NCBI GenBank assembly: GCA_964019335.1
Contig: OZ025753.1
Location: 124,001 to 188,000 of the forward strand
Reading direction: 5' to 3'
DNA: 64,000 bases
Source of the DNA: Diplonema japonicum
Lineage: Eukaryota; Protista; Euglenozoa: Diplonemea
Of this stretch, positions 36,301 to 46,462 are shown piece by piece; within the stretch, counting starts at the first letter, position 1; every line of letters begins with the position of its first letter. Below the pieces are notes generated by a model that was given only the letters and a program-made list of their open reading frames with translations, ran no database searches and was not told the origin of the DNA. A program made the translations under genes and the position numbers.

Positions 36301-37340
36301 AGGCGATCAGACCGGCTGTTGCAAAGGAATTGATCCACGGCAGGTCGTCTTTTGCTGGAATGGAAGCGGGTGCATGTCCGTCCACGAACGCCTGGTGGAG
36401 GAAGCTCCAGTCACGGAGACCGCTGATATCGTACAGACTGCGGCGGATCATCAGCGGTGCAGTGTTCACGGTACACCCTCGAGTGTGGGGGAAGCAATTG
36501 GATGAACGTGAGGGTGTGGAAAGCTCGTCTCTTGCGTGCGACGTCTGCGACCATCGATGCCAGACGACGACAGAAGCCACGGAGCACGCCCTATGGGAAT
36601 GTGCACCAGCGAGAGCTGCCCTGACAAACGAAAGATATGGCGGGATGACACGAAGTGACCTACCTGCAGTGACCGCCCTCCACGGGATCATTCCAAGGGG
36701 CGCAACGGGGGCTGCGAAGCAACAGGCGGCAGTCGTGCAACGATACCTGTTGGATGTCGTGTCAAGACGAGACGCCAGAGCGGCTGAACGGAGCACCAGA
36801 ATCCTCACCACCAACCCGTGGGATGAGATCACAACGGGGAAGCAGCACACTGTGCCCACAGTGGAGCTGTTGAAATCGAACGGAGCGTCGGGAAAGGTCC
36901 TAATGTTCTACATGAAGAGCGTCCTCAGGTGGCTGAAAAGCCTAAGATGGTACGCAGGCAGAAAGTTGACGTCCGTCACGACGATGGAGCTCGCAGTAGA
37001 CTATGAGCAGGCCACCCGGCAGTCCTTGGCTGGACCCCTCGACGACCAGGACTGGCTCACAGAGAAGGCTGGAAGGATGCGATACATCTTAGGACGTATT
37101 CAGAAATGCACAGAAGAGTGGGAAGAATGCTTTCCCCGCCAACGCAAAGACAAGGGTACACACCCTTCGACATCTTGGGGGCCCGACGACACACGGCTAC
37201 GACAGGAGACCACTCTTCTCCTCGAGCCAAACCGCCCCCTACCTAGCACGACTCCAAGCAATGTTTCTCGCCCAGATGCCGTCCATCTCATCGCGACAAA
37301 CAGCCACCGCAGGCACCAGACAGCAACAGCAGAACGGTGA
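33308..37340 (+). CDS. LINE ORF2: APE endonuclease + reverse transcriptase + CCHC finger (frameshifted ~35950)
   Basis: APE motifs TLNVGSL, CLQE, AGDLN, RIDY, NEH. RT motifs RPIT, QHGF, LDFVKCFD, GILQ, YADD. Finger CDVC...EHALWEC. Confidence 0.9.
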
Positions 37341-37999
37341 CCGATTAGTGTGAATTTCTCCCTGAACGGTGAGCACCCACCCGCACACCGAAATTTATCA
37401 AATTTTTTTTTTTCCAATACTCAAAAACAGCTTTATTGCTGAAGCAATACTAGCTGCACAAGGCCAGTGTGTCATTACATCAAAAAGAAAGAAGAAAAAT
37501 AAAAGAAAGCCAGAAGAAAAGTGTCAAGATCAACGTTTGCAAAATCTTGTGGGCTCCCCCACTCCCCCTCAGTATCATGTTCTGTTTTCTGCTATTTTTC
37601 TTTTTGAATGGCAGGCACCTCAGTGTGATACAAGCCCCCCCCCCCCCCCCCCCTTCCCCTTGTCCTTCTTTGGAGAACAGCGATGAGATTTATTTGCTAC
37701 CACATCAGGGGAGCGTCACTCTTATTTTCTCCTTAGTTTTTGTTCGAATTACTATTTTCTTTTTTTCAAACAAATATTATTGTCAAGACTATAAAACTAG
37801 TAGCATCACGATGGGTATTCAATCACGTAAAATACCCGCTCGTGCGCACAAACATTGGAATCACCCAAACTAGTTATTTTTCTTTAGAGAAACCTTTTCT
37901 TTTTGAAAAAAAGGAAAAAGGAAAAAGAAAAACGGGAAAACAACCACCATCATCCTGCAGTTTTCTTTTTGCGCGGTTATCGCACACCTTTTCGGTGTC

Positions 38000-38972
38000 G
38001 GCAGAACAGAATAGTGAAAACCCATCCCCCCGTGGGAATGGACAATCTTGAACAACCTCGAAATAAGAGCAGAAGGGAGCGGAACGAAGAAAAAATCGAA
38101 AGATGATCAACTGGAAGCAGCACGCGAGATCATCCGGAAACTCCCCAAAGCAGAGGTAACCGTGTACACGGACAGATCCGGAACGTACAAATGGAAGGCG
38201 AACAGATAAAAATCCCTTCCAAGCAGAACTCACGGCGATGGAGGAAGCACTCATCCAGCTGTTAAAGACCGGAAAGAACAATGTGCAGATCAACATCCTG
38301 ACAGACTCGATGTCTTGTCTGCAGAAATTGAAGCAGGGGCCAGCACGACAACCAGAAAGCATTACGAACAGGGTCTGGAGCCACCTGCACGAGCTGCTGA
38401 AGAGAGGGAACCGCATAACCTGCTGCTACATACCCAGCCACTGCGGGGTGGAGGGAAACGAGACAGCGGATACCCTCGCACGAGAAGGCACCAAACAGGA
38501 GTACACGCAAGAGCTCAGCTTCGGAGCAGCGAAGAATTACCTGCGATGCTTAGCAAAAGAGGAATTCGCAAAATGGAAGAGCGAGATGTGCAAAGAGTCA
38601 GTCTACCACAAGATAACGCAAGGAAAGGACGCTCCAAAGAGGATGGTAGGACTGGACAGAAGGGAGGAGGTGTCACCATCAACCGTCTATTCTAACTTAA
38701 AATCATTTCAGTCACCATCAACCGTCTGAAAACAGGACACCACCCCATCATAAAAGATCGAGAAGACGGGAACAGAACGCGAGATTGTACCCGCTGCGAT
38801 AAGAGGGCAAAGAAGACGCTGGAGCATTTACTGCTAGAATGCCCGGCGACAGCAAAAGAAAGGGAAGAGAAAACCCTCGAGCATGCGCTGCTGACGGAGC
38901 CGAAGAGCACAGTAAGGTTCTTAGAGAGCACCGGAGAGTTGGAACACAAAAAGGAAGAGATCGCGTCCAAAT
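38000..38972 (+). mobile_element. Ingi/I-like LINE fragment (RNase H + CCHC finger)
   Basis: LTDSMSCL...YIPSHCGVEGNETAD, then KTGHH...CTRC...EHLLLEC. Confidence 0.85.
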
Positions 38973-39984
38973 AGAGCACAAAAAAGAAAAGAACACGAAC
39001 AAAATCATGGCAAAGCCGATCAAGGCAGCCGAAAGGTCAGGTAGAGGAACCACACCACCCAGTACAGTGTGAAAGGAAAAGAGGGAACAAGATAGATTTA
39101 CTCCCCCTCCCCCCCCCCCCCCCCCCCCTTCTGTTGGAAAAAAAAAACAAAAAAAAACGTAGTTTGCTCCCCCCCTCCCCCCCCCCCCCCCTTCTTGTTT
39201 TTTTTTCCCCTGCAAGAACGAGTCTTTGACTTGTCTAAACAAAAGGGAACGTTGGCAACGTGTTTCGGGTTGACAAGCTTCTCCAGGTTTTACCAGGCAT
39301 GTACAGGCCAGCTCCTCCTTTTGTCCCTTTCGGTAGTTGTAGACTTTTGTCTTTTCTTTTATAACACGTGCCCTCTGCGGGTTTCTTGTTCTGACCATTT
39401 TCCTTTTTTTTTTATATGAGCACTTTTTTGAGCACCTCCGAAAATTTCTTGTTTTGATTATTTGAGCAAAAAAAGGGCAGCATGCAACCACAGCAATGGT
39501 TCCAATAGGAAGATGACATACATGGTGTATCTGTTGCCGTTCTTTCAATTGCGATGCTTGTTTTGCCATGAGGGTGGCAGGCTTTGCAACCGGCTGCCCC
39601 CAGGAAGCGAAAAACAGAGGTCAGAAAAACGACGAAAAATGTTTAAAATGCAGTTTAAAAGCTTGAAATGCAGCACCTAAAGTGCAGTAAAGTGGTGAAC
39701 ACACACTTTTATGACCCCTGGGTACAACCCAGGGTCGGGTTACTGTTAAAAGTACTTAGCGAAAAATATATGGCGTTGCATAGCCCCCAAAAAACCGGTT
39801 TTTTTAGCCCTATTTTTTTGTTTTAACAATATTATTGTCGAGACTAAAAACTAGTTGATGGCCGCGTAATGAGCTATTTTATTAGGTAAAATTCCGTTCG
39901 TGCGCACAAACAAATTCGAGGGGTTCCTATGGGAATTGGCCTAAAGAAGTGGGATTTAAAAAAGAAAGAAAGAAAAGAGAAAAA

Positions 39985-41020
39985 GAAAAAAGAAACAGTC
40001 GAGCAGCTTTGTTTCTGAAGCAATACTAGCTGCAAAGCCCAGCGTGGTTGGGCATCTTCTAACATCACAGGTTTAGAAAAGGAGAGGAAGAAAAAGAAAA
40101 TAAAGGAGTGGTGTGACCAAAAACTAAAAAGAAATGACTTCAACAACTCATGGCTTTTTTTTCTCTTATTTTGTTGTGTCTCATTCCCACAGGCACAGGC
40201 TTGGAATAGAAAGGACCGGCTTGGCAAGTCGATACGGATGTGGAATTAAAAGGAGGAGAGGGACAAAGAAAGGGGGAAAAAGACCAATCAGAGGTTTAAA
40301 CCCCCTGAGGTATCTTGCATTTTTGCACCCCCAAGGTGGTCTCGCTTGATCTTCACTTTGCCTGTGGTTGCATGCTCGAGAGTTTTCTTTTTGATTTTTT
40401 AAGGTTTCTTTTTGAAAGGTTTGCTGCTTTATTTTGTGATCTCCCGTCCTTTAACCCTAGCCCCTTAATGCGCCCCCACTCCCCTTTTTTTATCAACTGT
40501 TTATCACTCTGTTTCCTGTTATTTTGTTTTTTTATTTAACTGCTGATAACTGTTGACGGCCTATAACCGACCACCTTTAAAAAAAAACTCGTTCTTTTTT
40601 TTTTGTTCTTTTTTGTAAATCATGCTCAATCGGCCTCCCCCGTTCTGTTTTGTTAAGGTGCCGTCTGCAACAGCAATGTAATAATTCACAGGTTTACGAA
40701 TAAAAAAGGAGGAAGAAAAAAGAAGAGTAAACGAAAAACTACGAAATGACAACATGTCTTCACATGTTGCTGCTGGCAGCCCTCCTCGCAAGCAGTGCTG
40801 CACTCCGTCACATTGGAGGCATCGATGCCCTCGGTGATGTCAACGACGTGCAAACGATAGGGAACATCGCTTACGTTGCAGGCGGGGCCACGGGTCTCAT
40901 GATATTCGATGTCAGTGATGCGTCGTCGCCGAAGCTGCTGGGCAGCAGTGCTGATTGCATTGGGTGCACCACGGCAGCTCGGTACGTGACTGTGGTGGGC
41001 ACAACGGCTTACGTGGTTCC
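39985..41020 (+). repeat. ~1-kb recent direct duplication (upstream region + gene 5' end); partner 45692-46738
   Basis: Essentially identical sequence; the ORF track gives identical spurious ORFs in both copies. Confidence 0.9.
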
Positions 41021-44000
41021 TATTTATGCATACAGCGTCCCTGGTAATGTCCACACAGCATTGTTCGCGATTGTTGATGTGAGCACACCTTCGTCACCGA
41101 GGCAGCTGGGGACTTACGAAAGGGGGGGTATTGCTTACCACCCTCGCGTTTTCATTTCAGGGAAATATGTGTATTCACGTCAGAATGATGGGATCCATGT
41201 GGTGGATGTGAGCACACCGTCGTCGCCCAGCTTGGTGACAAAGCTTGACAGTGAGGACAAGTGGGATACTTACTGCGTTGCTGGGACGACCCTCTTCGCG
41301 TTTTTCCTATCTGACGCCGTCCTGCAGCTCTACGACGTGACAAACCCGAACCTTCCCGAGACCTTGGGCGATCTGACTGTGCAGGGTAAGATTTATAGTG
41401 TTCCCAAGCTCAGTGTTTTTGGGTCTCATCTCTATGTGGCTTCTGACAGCTACGCCTTCATCATCGACATCTCTTCACCTTTGTCCCCAAAGCAGATGGG
41501 TACCTTGACCCTCACATCGAGATTTTTATCTATCTCCGTGTCAGGGAACACAGCTTATGTTGGGGCTGACAACAATGGCGGGTCTGGTCTTGTTGTTGTT
41601 GACATCAGCGACCCGTCCACACCGGTACAAGTGGGAAGCAGCACTTTCACTTCTGTATTAACTCTCTCTGTGTCTGGGACGAAGGTCGTTGCTGCTGGGG
41701 CTGGTCGTAGTCTGGTGGTCTTCGATGTGAGCAATCCCTCTTCACCTCAACCTGTGGGTGGCTACAGCACGAGGGATTACATGGTGGGTGTTGAGCTATT
41801 TGGTTCGGTGGCTGTTGTTACTACTATACCAATATTTCTAAGCAACTTGACCATGCAAACCTACGATGTTCGTGATGTGTCTTCCCCGCAAAAGCTGGGC
41901 AGCCTTCTGGTCAATGACGGGCAGGTCTTTACCAACATTCTTGCTCTGTCAGGAACGACAGCGTACTTCCCATTTCGGGATGCGGACTTTGGTACGAATA
42001 ATGTTGGTGGTTTTCACACCGTCAGCTTGAGCGACCCATCTAAGCCCGCTGTCTTGGGGGCGTACGAGGCGCATGGCACGAGTTATGAATCCATTGCGGT
42101 TGATGGAACAACAGTTTATGCCACTGGCTATCTGGATGGCATGGATATCATCGATGTAAGCATTCCATCATCACCTTCCTTGTTGGGCACCTTTCAGTAC
42201 AATGGCGCCCAACTATATGGTGTAACTGTCAACAATGGCTTTGCTTACAGTATCATCGGAGGATCCAACACTATCCTTTGCATTGTCGATGTGCACGATC
42301 CGCAGTCACCCACTCTGTTCACCACCTTGGAGGACCTGCCCTGTGAGCGCATGGTCAATATGGGAGATACCATTTATGACAACTCCATAGCCATGCATGG
42401 AACCACTGTCTACTATTCGTGTTCAGGAAGCTTTGGCATCATTGACATCGAGAATTCATCGTCGCCTTCACCTCAGCTGCTTGGGGAGTACACAGCAGTG
42501 GTCTTTGACTTCGCTGTTGACGGGAACACGGTCTATCTTGCCTCTTATGCTCAGCTTCTCGTTCTCGATGTGAGCACACCGTCGTCTCCACGGCTTGTGG
42601 GCAGCCACTTCATCCCCATTGCGGTCTATGACGACTTTTACGCGTCCTACTATCTTGGTATCGCTATTGTAGATGAGAGGGTTTACGTAGCCAGCTACGG
42701 GCTTTATGTTTTTGAAATACCCAAGCCCACATCGGCACCTCCAACGGCACTTCCCACATCAGCACCCTCAACAGCACCACCCACATCAACACCCACATCA
42801 GCACCACCCACACCAGCACCACCCACACCAGCACCACCCACACCTGCACCACCCACACCAGCACCACCCACACCAGCACCACCCACACCAGCACCACCCA
42901 CACCTGCACCACCCACATCAGCACCACCCACATCAGCACCACCCACATCAGCACCACCCACACCAGCACCACTCACATCAGCACCACCCACATCGGCACC
43001 CCCAACGGCACTACCCACATCGGCACCCCCAACAGCTCCGCCCACATCGGCACCTCCAACAGCACCAATCAGTCGCATTGGAGGCATCGATGCCCTCGGT
43101 GATGTCAACGACGTGCAAACGATAGGGAACATCGCTTACGTTGCAGGCGGGGCCACGGGTCTCATGATATTCGATGTCAGTGATGCGTCGTCGCCGAAGC
43201 TGCTGGGCAGCAGTACTGATTGCATTGGGTGCACCACGGCAGCTCGGTACGTGACTGTGGTGGGCACAACGGCTTACGTGGTTCCTTTTCGTGCACATAA
43301 CAGCGCCCCTGTCCACACAGTATTCGCGATTGTTGATGTGAGCACACCTTCGTCACCGAGGCAGCTGGGGACTTACGAAAAGAAGGAAAATCCTTTCTAC
43401 TCTCCCGTTTTCATTTCAGAGAATAATTATGTGTATTCAGATCAGAATGATGGGATCCATGTGGTGGATGTGAGCACACCGTCGTCGCCCAGCTTGGTGA
43501 CAAAGCTTGACAGCGAGAACAATTGGGATACTTACTGCGTTGCTGGGACGACGCTTTTCGCGTTTGTAGCTCCAAACGTCCTGCAGCTCTACGAGGTGAC
43601 AACCCCGTACCTTCCTCAGACCTTGGGCAAGCTGACTTTGCTGGGCTCAACGGCCTCTAGTACCACATTCACACTCAGTGTTTTTGGGTCTCATCTCTAT
43701 GTGGCTTTTGATGAGTTTAAAATCTCGTTTGTCACCATCATCAACTTTTCTTCACGTTTGTCCCCAAAGCAGATGGGTACCTTGACCCTCACATCTTCAT
43801 TTTCATCTCTCACCGTGTCGGGGAACACAGCTTATGTTGGGACTGACAACGATGGCGGGCCTGGTCTTGTTGTTGTTGACATCAGCGACCCGTCCATACC
43901 GGTGCCAGTGGGAAGCAGCACTTTCACTACTGTATATTCCCTCTCTGTGTCTGGGACGAAGGTCGTTGCTGGGGTTCTTCGTAGTCTGGTGGTCTTCGAT

Positions 44001-45601
44001 GTGAGCGATCCCTCTTCACCTCAACCTGTGGGTGGCTACAGCACGAGGGATTACATGGTGGGTGTTGAGCTATTTGGTTCGGTGGCTGTTGTTACTGCTA
44101 CACCAGAATATCTAAGCAACTTGACCATGCAAACCTACGATGTTCGTGATGCGTCTTCCCCGCAAGAGCTGGGCAGCCTTCTGGTCAATGACTATCGAGT
44201 CCCCGCCGAATTCCTTGCTCTGTCAGGAACGACAGCGTATTTGCCATTCCTGAATGAGGACTTTGGTGGTTTTCAAACCGTCAGTGTGAGCGACCCATCT
44301 AACCCCACTGTCTTGGGGGCGTACAAAGTGAACCCGATGTTTGCGTATCGATCCATTGCGCTTCATGGCACAACAGTTTATGCCACTAGGCCCGACGGTG
44401 GCATGGATATCATCGATGCAAGCGTTCCATCATCACCTTCCTTGTTGGGCACCTTTCAGTACAATGACACCTATCTACATGGTGTAACTGTCAACAATGG
44501 CTTTGCTTACAGTATCACCACCGGAGGATCCAACACTACCCTTTGCATTGTCGATGTGCACCATCCGCAGTCACCCACTCTGTTCACCACCTTAGAGGAC
44601 CTGCCCTGTGAGGGAAGAGCCACTTCCATAGCCATGCATGGAACCACTGTCTACTATTCGTGTTCAGGACGCTTTGGCATCATCGACATCAAAGATGCAT
44701 CGTGGCCTTCACCTCAGCTGCTTGGGGAGTACACAGCACAGGTCTTTGACTTCGCTGTTGACGGGAACACGGTCTATCTTGCCTCTTATGCTCAGCTTCT
44801 CGTTCTCGATGTGAGCACACCGTCGTCTCCGCGGCTTGTGGACAGCCACTTCATCCCTGCTGTGGTCTATGACGTTGGTATTGCTGTTTCAGGTGGGCGG
44901 GTTTACGTAGCCAGCCACGGGCTTTATGTTTTTGGAAGGTTCACTCCAACAGCACACACATCAGCACCCTCAACATCGACACCCCCAACAACAACAAGCA
45001 CATCAGCACCCTCAACATCGACACCCCCAACAACAACAAGCACATCAGCACCCTCAACAACACCACCCACATCAGGACCCTCAACACCAGTACCGGACGG
45101 AACACCACCCAGTGAGAACAGCAACGACACATGGAAGATTGTAGCGATTGTGATGGGTGTAGCACTTTCCCTTGTGATTGTCATCGGCGTTGCTTGTGTA
45201 TGTGGAGACAGAAATAAAAAAAGAAATAGAAGACTGAACCTCCTTGGCTTTTTCTTATTTTAGGGGGTTAAATACTGAGCGGAATCATAATGGTTCTGGC
45301 AGAGAGACAGGAGAGACGAGGAAGGGGCTCAGAGAGCTCGTAAAGAAGTATGGATTGAAAGTCCATGCAGTCGGGAAGGGAGGGGATTCCCTCTTTAGTA
45401 CAGTATCGTCGAGACAGCAACCGCAGAACGGTGAGCACACACCCGCACACCGAGATTTATCAAATCTTTTATAAATATTGTTTTATTCCACCACAGTATT
45501 GCAAAGCGAAGAAGACGAAGGTGCCGGTAAGTATGGACCAAGCTCTGGTAGATTTCAAGAACACGAACGACGACGAAAACGACTACAGTGTTGCTGCTTA
45601 G
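40746..45601 (+). CDS. LVIVD-repeat membrane protein, copy 5, with two tandem ectodomains; join(40746..45197,45497..45601)
   Basis: Unit A, (APPTP)n linker, unit B, stalk, TM. Donor 45198, acceptor CACAG 45496. Exon 2 = YCKAKKTKVPVSMDQALVDFKNTNDDENDYSVAA*. Confidence 0.85.
45262..45470 (+). mobile_element. Miniature internally deleted OTU-LINE-like derivative in the intron of copy 5
   Basis: LKVHAVGKGGDSLFSTVS (OTU start-like) is joined to a 3' end matching 37318-37405. Confidence 0.6.
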
Positions 45602-46462
45602 GGAAGTACATCAGATGTGTTATTCGCTGTTGCAAGTCGAAAAAAGAAGTAGAATTTAAAAAAAGAAGAATAGAAACGAGAAAAGAAAAAGAAAAAAAGA
45701 AACAGTCGAGCAGCTTTGTTTCTGAAGCAATACTAGCTGCAAAGCCCAGCGTGGTTGGGCATCTTCTAACATCACAGGTTTAGAAAAGGAGAGGAAGAAA
45801 AAGAAAATAAAGGAGTGGTGTGACCAAAAACTAAAAAGAAATGACTTCAACAACTCATGGCTTTTTTTTCTCTTATTTTGTTGTGTCTCATTCCCACAGG
45901 CACAGGCTTGGAATAGAAAGGACCGGCTTGGCAAGTCGATACGGATGTGGAATTAAAAGGAGGAGAGGGACAAAGAAAGGGGGAAAAAGACCAATCAGAG
46001 GTTTAAACCCCCTGAGGTATCTTGCATTTTTGCACCCCCAAGGTGGTCTCGCTTGATCTTCACTTTGCCTGTGGTTGCATGCTCGAGAGTTTTCTTTTTG
46101 ATTTTTTAAGGTTTCTTTTTGAAAGGTTTGCTGCTTTATTTTGTGATCTCCCGTCCTTTAACCCTAGCCCCTTAATGCGCCCCCACTCCCCTTTTTTTAT
46201 CAACTGTTTATCACTCTGTTTCCTGTTATTTTGTTTTTTTATTTAACTGCTGATGCAGAGGGTTGCCCGTTGACGGCCTATAACCGACCACCTTTAAAAA
46301 AAAACTCGTTCTTTTTTTTTTGTTCTTTTTTGTAAATCATGCTCAATCGGCCTCCCCCGTTCTGTTTTGTTAAGGTGCCGTCTGCAACAGCAATGTAATA
46401 ATTCACAGGTTTACGAATAAAAAAGGAGGAAGAAAAAAGAAGAGTAAACGAAAAACTACGAA

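Larger units (their letters stand above)
30822..37400 (+). mobile_element. Near full-length APE-RT non-LTR retrotransposon (OTU-LINE)
   Basis: ORF1 followed by ORF2 (APE, RT, zinc finger); frameshift/deletion at ~35950; 3' hairpin CGGTG...CACCG (37366-37390). Confidence 0.9.

Noticed and set aside
38689-38711. Spliced-leader relic or self-removing introner
   Set aside because: No resemblance to euglenozoan spliced-leader sequences as I recall them, and no GT donor restores the reading frame exactly.
42725-43065. CRISPR-like array or His/Gln-rich and Gly/Val-rich ORFs
   Set aside because: This is a 15-nt coding tandem repeat without spacers; the other ORFs are alternative frames of the Pro/Thr linker.
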